Shown in pieces: positions 31,152-45,305 of a DNA stretch of 64,000 nt. Location: the NCBI RefSeq assembly GCF_009914755.1, contig NC_060929.1; one strand, given 5' to 3'. This DNA is from the human T2T-CHM13v2.0 reference genome, Homo sapiens. Made by a program: the position numbers and the translations under genes. A model generated the notes under the pieces. That model was not told the DNA's origin. It did no database searches and saw only the letters and a program-made list of their open reading frames with translations. How positions within the stretch are numbered: position 1 is the first letter of the stretch; each line of letters starts with the position of its first letter.

Positions 31152-34100
31152 ATCACAAAGCAGTTTCTCAAAAAGCTTCTTTTTACTTTTTATCTGAAGA
31201 TATTTCCTTTTTCACCACAGGCTTCAATTACCTCCCAAATATCCCTTCACAGATTCTACAAAAACAGTGTTTCCAAACTGCTCAATCAAAAGAAAGCTTT
31301 AGCTCTGTGAGATGAATGCACACATCACAAAGCAGTTTCTCAGAAAGCTTCTGTCTAGTTCTTCTCTGAAGATATTTCCTTTTCCACCATAGGCCTCAAT
31401 GTGCTCCCAAATATCCCTTTGCAGATTATAGAAAAACAGTGTTTCCAAACTGCTCAGTCAAAAGAAAAGTTTACCTCTGTGAGAAGAATACATACATCAC
31501 AAAGCAGTTTCTCAAAAAGTTTCTTTCTAGTTTTTATCCAAAGATATTTCATTTTTCACCATAGGCATCAGTGTGCTCCCTAATATCCCTTTGCAGATTT
31601 TGCAAAAACAGTGTTTCCAAACTGCTCCATCAAAAGAAAGCTTTAGCTCTGTGAGGTGAATGCACACATCACAAAGCAGTTTCTCAGAAAGCTTCTGTCT
31701 AGTTCTTCTATGAAGATATTTCCTTTTCCACCATAGGCCTCAATGTGCTCCCAAATATCCCTTTGCAGATTATAGAAAAACAATGTTTCCAAACTGCTCA
31801 GTCAAAAGAAAAGTTTACCTCTGTGAGATGAATACATACATCACAAAGCAGTTTCTCAAAAAGTTTCTTTCTAGTTTTTGTACAAAGATATTTCATTTTC
31901 CACAATAGGCATCAGTGTGCTCCCAAATATTCCTTTGCAGATTTTTCAGAAACAGTGTTTCCAAACTGCTCAGCCAAAAGAAAGTTTAGCTCTGTGAGAT
32001 GAATGCACACATCATGAAGCAGTTTCTCAGAAAGCTTCTTTCTAGTTCTTCTCTGAAGATATTTCCTTTTCCACCACAGGCCTCAATGCACTCCACTATC
32101 TCTTTGCAGATTCTACAAAACCAGTGTTTTCAAACTGCTCATTCAAAAGAAAAGTTTACCTCTGTGAGATGAATACATACATCACAAAGCAGTTTCTCAA
32201 AAAGTTTCTAGTTTTTATACAAAGATATTTCCTTTTCCACCATAGGCATCAGTGTGCTCCCAAATATCCCTTTGCAGATTTCGTAAAAACAGTGTTTCCA
32301 AACTGCTCAATCAAAAGAAAGGTTTAAATCTGTGAGATGAATGCACACATCACACAGCAGTTTCTCAAAATGTTTCTTTCTAGTTTTTATATGAACATAT
32401 TTCCTTGATCACCATAGGCTTCCATGCTCTCCCAAATATCCCGTCGCAGATTCTACAAAAACAGTGTTTCCGAACTGCTCAATCAAAAGAATGGTTTAAC
32501 TTTGTTAGATGAATGCACATATCACAAAGCAGTTTCTCAGATAGCTTCTGTCTAGTTCTTCTCTGAAGATTTTTCCTTTTACACCAGAGGCCTCAAAGTG
32601 CTCCCAAATATCCCTTCATATATTCTACAAAAACAATGTTTCCAAACTATTCCATCAAAAAAAGAACTTAACTCTGTGAGCTGAATGCACACATCAGAAA
32701 GCAGTTTCTCCTAATGCTTCTTTCCAGTTTTTATTTGAATTTATTTCCTTTTTCACCAAAGGCTTTTTTGCACTAACTAATATCACTTCACAAATTTTGC
32801 AAAAACAGCGTTTCCAAACTGCTCAGTTAAAAGAAAGGTTTACATCTGTGAGATGAAAGTCCACATCCCAAATCAGTTTCTTAGAAAGCTTCTTTCTAGT
32901 TTTTATCCTAAGATATTTCGTTTATCACCTTAGGCCTCAATGTGCTCCCAAATATCCATTTGCAGATTCTACAAAAACAGAGTTTTGAAACTGCTCAATC
33001 AAAAACAAGTTTACCACTGTGAGGTGAATGCACATATCACAAAGCAGTTTCTCAAAAAGCGTCTTTCTAGTTCTTCTCCAAAGATATTTCCTTTTCCACC
33101 ACAGAACACAGTACACTCCTAAATAACCCTTTGCAGATTCTATAAAAAACATTGTTTCTAAACTGTTCCATCAAAAGAAGGATATAACTCTGTGAGATGA
33201 ATGTATACATAAGAAAGCACTTTCTTATCATGTTTTTTTCCAGTTTTTATCTGAAGATATTTCCTTGTTCACCATAGGTGTTTTTGAGCTACCAAACATT
33301 GCTTCACAGATTACACAAACACAGTGGTTCCAAACTGCTCAGTCTATAGAAAAGTTTAACTCTGTGAGCTAAATGCACAAATCTCAAAGAAGTTTCTCAA
33401 AAACCTTCTGTCTAGTTTTTATCCAAAGATGTTTCCTTTTTCACCATAGGCATCAGTGTGCTCCCAAATATCCCTTTGCACATTCTACAAAAACAGTGTT
33501 TCCAAACTGCTCAATAAAAGAAACGTTTAACTCTGTGAGGAGAATGCACACATCACTAAGCAGTTTCTCAGAAAGCTTCTTTCTGGTTTTTATCTGAAGT
33601 TATTTCCTTTTTCAACATAGGCCTCTTGCACTCTCCAATGTCACATCGCATATTCTACAAAAATAGTGTCTCCAAACTGATCAATCAAAGAAAAGTTTAA
33701 CTCTGTTAGATGATTGTATATATCACAAGTCAGTTTCTCAAAAATTTCTTTCTCATTATTATCCAAAGATATTTCCTTTTTCACCATATGTTCCCATGTG
33801 CTGCCAAATATCCCTTCGCAGATTCTACAAAAACTATGTTTCCAAACTGCTGAATCAAAAGAAAAGTTTAACTCTTTGAGATTATCCTACACATCAGAAA
33901 GCAGTTTCTCATAACGTTTCTTTTCACTTTTTATCTGAAGATACTTTCTTTTTCTCCATAGGCTTTTCTGCACTACCTAAATTCACTTCACAGATTTTGC
34001 AAAAAAGGTGTTTCCAAACTGCTCAGTCAAAAGAAATGTTTAAAGCTGCAAGATGAATGCTCACATCACAAAGCAATTTCTCAATAACTTTTTTCTAGTG

Positions 34101-37100
34101 TTTATCCGAAGATATTTGATTTATCACCATAGGTTTGAAGGTGCTCCCAAATATAGCTTCACAGATTCTACAAAAACAGTGTTTCCAAACTGATCAATCA
34201 AAAGAAAAGTTTAACTCTGTGAGAGGAAATCATACATCACAAAGTAGTTTCTGAGATAACTTCTGTCTAATTCGTCTCTGAAGATACTTCCTTTTCCACA
34301 TTAGGCCTCACTGCACTTCAAAATATCCCTTTGCAGATTCTACAAACACAGTGTTTCCTAACTGTCCTTGTGAAAGAAGGATTTAAATCTGTGAGATGAA
34401 TGCACATAGCAGAAAGCATTTTCTCATAATGCTTCTTTCCAGTTTTTATCTGAAGATATTTCCTTCTTCACCATTGGCCTTTTTGTGATACCTAACATCC
34501 TTTCACAGATTCTAAAAAAACAGTGTTTCCAAACTGTCCAATCAAAAGAAAAGTTTAACTCTGTGAGATAAATGCATACATCAAAAAGAAGTTTCTCAAA
34601 AAGCTTCTTTCTCGTTTTTATCTGATGATATTTCCTTCATCACCATAGGCTTCAATGCATTCCCAAATATCCCATCACAGATTCTAAAAAAACAGTGTTT
34701 CCAAACTGCTCAATGAAAAAACAGGTTTAACTCTGTGAATTGAATGCATACATCACAAAGTAGTTTCTCAGAAAGCTTCTGTCTTGTTATTCTCTGAAGA
34801 TATTTCCGTTTCCACCACAGGCCTCAATGCACTCCCAAATATTCCCTCATAGATTCTATAAAAACAGTGTTTCTGAAATCTTCCATCAAAAGAAGGATTT
34901 AACTCTTTGAGACGAATGCACACATCAGAAAGCAGTTTCCCATTGTGCTTCTTTCTGGATATTTGCCTAAAGATATTTCCCTTTTCATCATAGGCTTTCT
35001 TGTGCTACCAAATATTGATTCACAGATTTCACAAAAACAGTGTTTCCAAACTGCTCAGTCAAAAGAATTGTTTAACTATGGGAAACGAATGCACACATCA
35101 CAAACAAGTTTCTCAAAAAGCTTTCCAGTTTATGTCCAAAGATATTTTTTATCACCATAGGCTTCTCTATGTGCTCCCAAATATCCCTTCACAGATTCTT
35201 CAAAATATCACTCCACAGATTCTACAAAAACTGTGTCTCCAAATAGATCAATCAAAAAAAAGTTTTAATTCTGTCAGTTGAATGCAAACATCACAAAGCA
35301 GTTTCTCAAATATCTTTTTTCTAGTTTTTATCCGAAGATATTTTCTTCTTCACCATAGTCCTCAGTGCACTCCCAAACATCCCTTCTCATATTCTACAAA
35401 AACAGTGTTTCCAAACTGCTCAGTCAAAAGAAACGTTTAACTCTGAGAATAATGCACACATCACAAACTGTTTTCTCAAAAAGCTTCTTTCTAGTTTTCA
35501 TCTGAAGTTATTTCCTTTTTCACCTTAGGCCTCTTGGGCTCCCAAATTCGTTTTTGCAGTTACTACAAAAACAGTGTTTCCAAACTGATAAAATAAAGAA
35601 AGTTTTATCTCTGTGAGATGAATGCACACATCACAAAACAGTTTCTGAAAAAGCTTCTTTCCAGTTTTTATTTGAAGATGTTTCCCTTTTCACCATAGGC
35701 TTCAATGTGCTCCCAAAAATCCCTTCGTAGATTCTGCAAAAACAGTGTTTCCAAACTGCTTAATCAAAAAAAGTTTTAACTCTGTGAGATGAATTCACAC
35801 ATCACAAAGTATTTTCTGAGAAAGCTTCTGTCTAGCTCTTTTCAGAAGATATTTCCTTTTCCACCATAGGCCTCAATATGCTCCCAAATACCCCTTTGCA
35901 GATTCTACAAAAACAGTGTTTCCAAATTATTCCATCAAAAGAAGGACTTAACTCTGTTAGATGAATGCACCCATGAGAAACCAGTTTTTATAACACTGCT
36001 TTCCAGTTTTTAACTGAAGACATTTCCTTTTTCACCATAGGCTTAAATTTGATCCCAAATATCCCTTCACATATTCTACAAATACAGAGTTTCCAAACTG
36101 TTCCATCAAAAGAAGGACTTAACTCTGTGAGATGAGGTCACACATCAGAAAGCAGTTTCTTGTAACGCTTCTTTCCAGTTTTCATCTGAAGACGTCTTCT
36201 TGTTCACCATAGGCTTTTTTACACTACCTGATATTGCTTCACAGATTTTGATAAAACAGTGTTTCCAAACTGCTCAGTAAAAGAAAGTTTGATCTCTGTG
36301 AGTCAAATGCACAATTCACAAAACAGTTTCTCAAAAAGCTTCTTTCTAGTTTTTATCCAAAGATATTTCCTATGTCAACATAGGCTTCAATGTGCTCCTA
36401 AATATCCCTTCACAGATTCTACAAAAACACTGTTTCCAAACTGCTCTATCAGAAAACAAGTTTAACTCTGTGAGTTGAACTCATACATCACAAAGCAGTT
36501 TCTCAAAAAGCTTCTTCCTAGTTTTTATCTGAAGATATTTCCTTTTTCACCATAGGCTTCAGCGAGCTCCCAAATATACCTTTGCATATTATACAAAAAC
36601 AGTTTCCAAAAGGCTCAATCAAAATACAGGTTTAACTCTGCGAGATGAAGGCACACATCACAAAGCTGTTTCTCAGATAGCTTGTCTAGTTCTTCTCTGA
36701 TGATATTTCCTTTTCCAACATAGGCCTCAATGTGCTCTGAAAAAAAAAAGTGTTTCCGAACTGTTCCATTAAATTAAGGATTGAACTCTGTGAGATGAAA
36801 GCACACATCAGAAAGCAGTTTCCCATAACGCTTCTTTCCGGTTTTTATCTGAAGGTATTTACTTGTTCACCATAAGCTATTTTATGCTACCTAGCATCAC
36901 TTCACAGATTATACAAAAGCAGTGTTTCCAAACTGCTCTGTCAAAAGAGAAGTTTAGCTTTTTGAGATGAATGCATACATCAAAAAGCAGTTCCTCAAAA
37001 AGCTTCTTTCTAGTTTTTATCCAAAGATATTTCCTTTTACACTATAGGCATCAGTGCACTCTCAAATATCCCTTTACAGATTCTACAAAAAGAGTGTTTC

Positions 37101-40100
37101 CAAAGTGCTCAAAAAGAAAAAAAAAGTTTAACTCTGTAAGATGAATGCACACATCACAAAGCAGTTTCTCAGGTAGTTTCTGTCTAGTTCTTCTCTGAAG
37201 ATATTTCCTTTGCCACCATAGGCCACAATGCACTCTGAAAAATCCCTTCACAGAATCTACAGAAACAGTGTTTCCAAATTGTTCAATCAAAAGAAAGACT
37301 TAAAACTGTGAGATGAATGCGCACATCACAAGGCAGTTTCTTTTAACGATTCTTTCCAGTTTTTCTCTGAAATTATTCTTGTTCACCATAATCCTTTTAT
37401 GCGCTACCTAACATTGCTTCGCAAATGATTGTAAAACCGTGTTCCCAAACTGCTCAGTCAAAGACTAGTTTAACTCTGTGTGATGAATGCATCCATCAGA
37501 AAACAGTTTCTCAAGTTCTTTCTAGTTTTTTTCTGAAGATATTTCCTTTTATGCCATAGGCATCAGTGAGCTCCCAAGCATCCCTTTGCAGATTCTACAA
37601 AAACAGTGTTTCCAAACTGATCAATCAAAAGAAAGGTTTAACTCTGTGAGATGAGAGCATACATCAAAAAGCAGTTTCTCAAATTACTTCTTTCTAGTTT
37701 TTATCCGAATATATTTCCTATGTCTCCATATACTTCAATGCATTCCCAAATATTCCTTTGCAGATCCTCTTTAAACAGTGTTTCCAAACTGAAAAGTTTA
37801 AATCTGTAAGATGAATGCACACATCATATAGCAGTTTCTCATAAAGCTTCCTTCTCATTTTTATCCAAAGATATTTCCTTTTTCAAAATAGGCTTCAATG
37901 TGCTCCCAAATATCCCTTCACAGATTCTACAGAAATAGTGTTTCAAAACTGCTCAATCAAGAGAAAGTTTTAATTCTGTAAGATGAACGCACACATCACA
38001 AAGCAGTTTCTCAGAAAACTTATGTCTATTTCTTCTCTGAAGATATTTCCTTTTCCACCATAGGCCTCAATATGCTCCCAAATATCCCTTTGCAGATTCT
38101 ACAAAACCAGTGTTTCCAAACTCTTCCACATAAAGAAGGAGTTAGCTGCATCACATGAACATGCACAACACAAAGCTGTTTCTCATAACGCTTCTTTCCA
38201 GTTTTTATCTGAAGATATTTCCTTGTTCACTATAGTCTTTTTAATGGTGCCTAATATTGCTTGGCAGATTTTTCAAAAACGTTGTTTCCAAACTGCTTAG
38301 TCAAAAGAAAGGTTTATCGTTGTGAGATGAATGCACAAGTCACATAAGTTTCTCAAAAAGCTTCTTTCTAGTTTTTATCTGAAGATATTTTTTTCTTCAC
38401 CATAGGCTTCAATGCACTCCCAAATATCCCGTTGCAGATTCTACAAAAACCTTGTGTCCAAACTGCTCAAACAAAAACAGTTTTAACTCTGTGAGTTGAA
38501 AGTACACATTAGAAAGCAGTTTCTCAAAAAGCTTCTTTCTAGTTTTTATCAGAAGATATTTCCTTTTTAACAGTGGGCTTCAATGCACTCCCAAATATCC
38601 CTTCGCAGATAATACAAAAACAGTGTTTCCAAACTGCACAATAAAAGAAAGTTTTAACTCTGTGAGATGAATGCACACATCACAAAGCAGTTTCTCAGAT
38701 AGCTTCTGTCTAGTTCTTCCCTGAAGATATTTCCTTTTCCACCACAGGCCTCAATGCACTCCCAAATATCCATTTGCAGATTCTAAAAAAAGAGTGTTTC
38801 CAAACTGTTCCATCAAAAAATGGAGTTCACTCTGTGAGATGAATGCACACATCAGAAAGCAGTTTCTTGTAACGCTTCTTTCCAGTTTTTATCTGAAGAT
38901 ATTACCTTGTTTACAATAGGCAGTTTTGCTCTACAAAACCTCACTTCGCAGAATATACAAAAAGAGGGTTTCCAAACTGCTCAGTCAAAAGAAAGGTTTA
39001 ACTCTGTAAGATGAATGCACACATCACAAAGCCGTTTCTCAAAAAGCTTCCTTCTAGTCTTTATCCAAAGGTATTTCCTTTTTCACCATTGGCTTCAATG
39101 AGCTCCCAAACATCCCTTTGCAGGTACTACAAAAACAGTGTTTCCAATCTGCTCAGTCAAAAGAAAGGTTTAACTCTGTGAGATGACTGCACATGCACAC
39201 AACACAAAGCATTTTCTCAGAAAGCTTCTTCCTAATTATTCTCTGAAGATATTTCCTCTTCCACCATAGGCCTCAATGCGCTCCCAAATATCTCTTCACA
39301 GATTCTACAAAAACAGTGTTTTCAAACTGTTCCATCAAAAGAATGACTTAACTCTGTGAGATGAATGCACACATTAGAAAGGAGTTTCTCCCAACCCTTC
39401 TGTCCAGCTTTTATCTGAAGATATTTCCTTGTTCACCATAGGCTATTTTGTGCCACATAATAATGCTTGGCAGATTTTGCAAAAACAGAGTTTCCAAGTT
39501 CCTCATTCAAAAGAAAAGTTTAACCCTGTGAGATTAATGGACACATCACAAAGCAGTTTCTCAAAAAACTTCTTTATAGTTTCTAACTGAAGATATTTAC
39601 TTTATCACCATAGGCTTCAAAGCATTCCCAAATATCCCATCGCATCTTCTATATAAACAGTGTTTGCAAACTGCTTAATTGAAAAACAAGTTTAATTCTG
39701 TGGGTTGAATGCACACATGACAAAGTAGTTTCTCAGAAAACTTCTTTCTACTTTTTATCTGTAGATATTTCCTTTTTCACCATAGGCCTCAGTGCAGTCA
39801 CAAATGTACCTTTGCTGATTCTGCAAAAACAGTGTTTCCAAACTGTTCAATCAAAAGAAAGGTTTAACTCTGATGAATGCACACATCATAAAACTGTTTC
39901 TCAGATAGGTTCTGTCTAGTTCTTCTCTGAAGATATTTCTTTTTCCAACATAGGCCTCAATATGCTCCCAAATATACCTTTGCAGATTCTACAAAAAGAG
40001 TGTTTCCAATCTGCTCAATGAAAAGAAATGTTTAACTGTGTGAGAAGAATGCACACATCGCAAAGCAGTTTCTCAGAAATCTTCTCTCTAGTTTTTATCT

Positions 40101-43100
40101 GAAGATATTTCTTTTTCAACATAGGCCACAAAGCACTCAAATTTATCCCTGTGCTCAAAGTATCCCCTCCCAGATTCTACAAAAACAGTGTTTCCAAACT
40201 TCTCAATCAAAAAGAAGGCTTAACTCAGTGAGGTGAGTGAACACACCATGAAGCAGTTTCTCAGAAACCTTCTTTCTAATTTTTATTGGAAGATGTTTCC
40301 TTTTCCACAATAGGTCACAATCCATTCCGAAATATCCCTTCGCAGATTCTACAACCACAGTGTTTCCAAACTGCTCAGTAAAAGAAAAGTTTAACTCGGT
40401 GAGATGAATGCATACATCACAAAGCAGTTTCTCAAGAAGATTTTTCTAGCTTTTATAGGAAGATATTTGCTTTTTCAACATATGCATCAGTGTGCTCCCA
40501 AATATCCCTTTGCAGATTCTACAAAAACAGTGTTTCCAAACTCCTCAATCAAAAGAAACATTTAACACTGTGAGAAGAATGCCCACATCACAAAGCTTTT
40601 TCTTAGAAAGCTTCTTTCTAGTTTTTATCCGAAGTTATTTCCTTTTTCACCATAGGCCTCATGCACTCCCAAATATCCCTTTGCAGAGTCTACAAAAGCA
40701 GTGTTTCCAAACTGATCAATCAAAAGAAATGTCTAAGTCTGTGAGATGAATGTGCACATCACAAAGCAGTTTCTCAAAAAGCTTCTTTCTTGTTTTTGTC
40801 CAAAGATATTTCCTTCATCCCATAGGCTTCATTGCACTCCCATATATCTCTTGGCAGATGCTATAAAAACCTTACTTCCAAACTGCTCAATCAAAAGAAA
40901 ATTTAACTCTGTGAGATGAATGAACACTTCACGAACAGTTTCTCAGATAGCTTCTGTGTAGTTCTTCTCAGAAGATATTTCCTTTTCCACCATAGGCCTC
41001 GATGCACTCCCAAATATCCCTTCACTGATCCTACAAAAAGAGTGTTTCAAAACTGCTCAATAAAACAAGATTAACACTGTGAGTTGAACTCACACATCAG
41101 AAAGCAGTTTCTCATAACGCTTCTTTCCCATTTTTATCTGAAGATATTTCCTTCTTCACCATAGCCTTTTTTGCGTTACCTAATATCACTTTGTTGATAG
41201 CGCAAAAAGAGTGTTTCCAAACTGCTCAGTCAAAAGAAACTTTTAACTCTGGGGGATGAATGCACACATCAGAAAGCAGTTTCTCAAAAAGCTTCTTTCT
41301 AGTTTTTATCCGAAGATATTTCCTTTAACACTATAGGCACAATGCACTCACAAATATCCCATCACAGATTCTACAAAAACAGTGTTTTCAAACTGCTTAA
41401 TGAAAAAATAGGTTTACCTCTGTGAGTTGAATGCACACATCACAGAGCAATTTCTCAAAATGCTTCTTTCTATTTTTTTCCTACTACATTTTGTTTTTCA
41501 CCATAGGTCTCTGTGCGCTCCCAAATATACCTTTGCAGATTCTACAAATACAGTGTTTCTAAACTACTCAATCAAAAGAAACGTTTAACTCTGTGAGGTG
41601 AAAGCACAGATCACAAAGCAGTTTTTCAGATAGCTTCTGCCTCGTTCTTTTCTGAAGACATTTTCTTTTCCACCATAGGCCTCAATATGCACCCAAATAT
41701 CCCTTCATAGACTCTATAAAAACAGTGTTTCTGAACTCTTCCATCAAAAGAAGGATTTAACTCTGAGAGATGAATGCACACATCAGAAAGCAGTTTCTCA
41801 TAAAGCTTCTTTCTAGTTTTTATCTGAAGGTATTTCCTTGTTCACAATAGGCCTATTTGCACTACCAAACAACACTTTGCAGATTAAACAAAAACAGTGT
41901 TTCCAAACTGCTCAGTCAAAAGAAAAGTTTAACTCTGTGAAATGAATTCATACATCACAAAGCAGTTTCTAAAAAAGGTTCTTTCTAGTTTTTATCTGAA
42001 GATATTTCCTTTTTCACCATAGGCATCACTGCGCTTTGAAATATGCCTTCGCAGTTTCTACAAAAATGGTGTTTCCAAACGCCTCAGTCAAAAGAAAGAT
42101 TTAACTCTGTGAGATGAATGCACACATCACAAAGCAGTTTCTCAGAAAGTTTCCATATAGGTCTTCTCTGAGGATATTTCCTTTTCCACCACAGGCCTCA
42201 ATGCACTCCCAAATATCCCTTTGCAGATTTTTAAAAAAAGGTGTTTCCAAACTGTTCCATCGAAAGAAAGACTTACCTCTGTGAGATGAATGCACACATC
42301 AGAGAGCAGTTTCTCATAATGCTTCTTTCCAGGTTTTTTCTGAAGATATTTCCTTGTTCACCATTGGCTTTTTGCACTGCCTAATATCATTTTGCAGATT
42401 AAACAAAAGCAGTGTTTCCAAATGGCTCAGTCAAAAGAAAGGCTTAATTCTGTGAGATGAATGCACACATTACAAAGCAGTTTCTCAGAAAGCTTCTGTA
42501 TAGGTCTTCTCTGGGGATGTTTCCTTTTCCACCATAGGGCTCAATGTGCTCCCAAATATCCCTTTGCAGATTATACAAAAACAGTGTTTCTGAACTGTTT
42601 CATAAAAAGAAGGACTTATCTTAGTGACATTAACGCACACAACAGAAAGCAGTTTATCATAACACTTCTTTCCATTCTTATCTAAAGATATTTCCTTGTT
42701 CACCATAGGCCTTTTTCTGATACTTAACATCACTTCACAGATTATACAAAAACAGTGTTTCCAAACTGCTCGATCAAAATAAATGTTTTACTTTGTGAGA
42801 TGGATGCACACATCACAAAGCAGTTTCTCAAAAATCTCCCTTGTAGTTTTTGTCTGAAGATATATTTTATTTATTTTCACCACAGGTATCATCACACTCA
42901 CAAATATCCCTTTGCAGATTCTACAAAAACATTGTTTCCAAACAGATCCATCAAAAGAAAGTTTTAACTCTATGAGATGAAAGCAGTCACAGATTCTACA
43001 AAAACTGTGTTTCCAAACTGCTCAATGAAAACAAATGTTTAATGCTGTGAGATGAATGCACATATCACAAAGCAGTTTCTCAGAGAACTCCTTTCTAGTT

Positions 43101-45305
43101 TGCATCTGAAGATTTTTTTTTTACCATAGGTCTCCATGCTCTCCCAAATATCCCTCACAGACACTAAAAACCAGTGTTTCCAAACTGGTCAATCAAAATA
43201 AATATTTAACTCTGTGGGATGAATTCACACATCACAAAGCTGTTTCTGAGAAAGCTTCTTTCTAGTTTTTATGTGAAAATATTCCATGAATGCACACATA
43301 ACAAAGCAGTTTCTCAGAAAGTGTCTTTCTAGTTCTGTGTGAAGATATTTCCTTTTTCACCCTAGGCCTCAATTTGCTACCAAATATCCCTTTGCAGATT
43401 CTACAAAAAGAGTTTATCCAAACTGCTCAATGAAAAGAAAGTTTTAACTCTGTGTGAGGTGAATGTACACATCACAAAGCAATGTCTCATACAGCTTCTT
43501 ACTAGTTTTCATCAGAAGATATTGTCTTTTTCACCATAGGCCTCCATTTTCTCCCTAATATTCCTTTGCAGATTCTAGAAAAACAGTTTCCAAACTTCTC
43601 AATCAAAAGAAAGTATTAACTCTGTGAGATGAAAACACACATCACGAAGCTGTTTCTCAGAAATCATTCTAGTTTTCATGTGAATATATTTCTTTTTTCA
43701 CCATAGGCCTCATTGCGTTCTCAAATAGCCCTTTGCAGATTCAAGAAAAATAGTGTTTCCAAACTGCTCAATCAAAAGAAAGCTGTAACTTTGTGAGATG
43801 AATGTACACATCACAAAACAGTTCCTGAGAAAGCATCTTTCTGGTTTTTATCTGAGGATATTTCCTTTTTCTCTATAGGCCTCATTGCGTTCCCAAGTAT
43901 GCTTTTGCAGATGCTACAAAAACAGTGTTTCTAAACTGCAGAATCAAAAGAAAGTTTTATCTCAGTGAAACAAATGCACACAACACAAATTTGTTTCTGA
44001 GAAAGTGTCCTTCTAGTTTTTATGTAAAGGTGTTTCCTTTTTCACAGTAGGTCTCAATGCACTCCAAAATATCCCATCACAGATTCTACAAAAACAGTGT
44101 TTCCAAACTGCTCAAATGTCAGAAAGGTGAAATTCTGTGAGATGAATGCGCACATCCCAAAGCATTTTGTCAGAAAGCTTCTTTCTAGTTTTCATCTGAG
44201 AATATTTCCTTTTTCACTGCAGACCTCAAAGTGCTCCCAAATATAACTTCCTAGATTCTACAAAAACAGTGTTACCAAAGTGCTCAATCAAAATATTTGT
44301 TTAACTCTATGTGATGAAAGCACACATCACAAAGCAGTTTCTCCAAAAGCTTCTTTCAGGTTTTTATGAAGATATTTCCTTTTTCACCACAGTCCTCAAT
44401 GCACTCCAAAACATCCTTTTGCAGATTCTACACAGTGTTTCAAAACTGCTAAATCAAAAGTAGGCTTTATCTCTGTGAGATGAATGTAGATATCACATAG
44501 CAGCTTCTCAGAAAGCTTCTTTCTAGCTTTTACCCTAAGGCATTTCCTGTTTCACCATAGGCCTCAAAGTGGTCCCAAATATTCCTTCACAGTTTCTACA
44601 AAAACAGTATTTCCATACTCCTCAATGAAGAGAATCCTTTAGCTCTGTGAGGGGAATGCACACATCCAAAACAGTGTCTTGGAAAAATTCTTTCTATTTT
44701 TTATCTGAAGATATTTCCTTTTTCTCCATAGGCCTCAATGCACTCCCAAATATCCCTTCACAGATTCTACAAAAACAATGATTCCAAACTGCTCTATCAA
44801 AAGAAAGTTTTAACACTGTGAGATGAATCCAATCATCATGAAGCTGTTTCTCAGAGGTCTTTTTACTTTTTATCTAAGGTTATTTCCTTTTCCACCATAT
44901 GCTTCAATGCATTCCCAAATATCTCTTCGCAAATTTTTCCAAAACAGTGTTTCCAAACTGCTCAACCAAAAGAAAGGTTTAACTCTGTGAGATGAAAGCA
45001 CACATCACAAAGCAGTTTTTCAGAAAGCTTCTTTCTAGTTTTTGTCCGAAGATATTTCCTTTATCACTATAGGCTTCAATATGCTTCCAAATCTCCCATC
45101 GCAGATTCTACAAACACAGTCTTTCCAAACTGCTCAATCAAAAGAAAGGATTAACTGTCAGGTGAATGCACACATCAGAAAGCACTTTCTCAGAAAGCTT
45201 CTTTCTAGTTTGTATGTGAAGATATTTCCTTTTTCACCATAGGCCTCAACGTGCTCCGAAATATCCCTTCACAGATTCAACAAAAACAGTGTTTCCAAGA
45301 TGCTT
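31152..45305 (-). repeat. Alpha satellite, 172-bp (older-layer) monomers with relic multimeric structure
   Basis: The homologous g of gatt falls at 31252, 31424, 31596, 31768, 31940, giving a 172-bp period. Diagnostic motifs aagcagtttc, ctcccaaatatccc and aaaacagtg. Confidence 0.97.
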
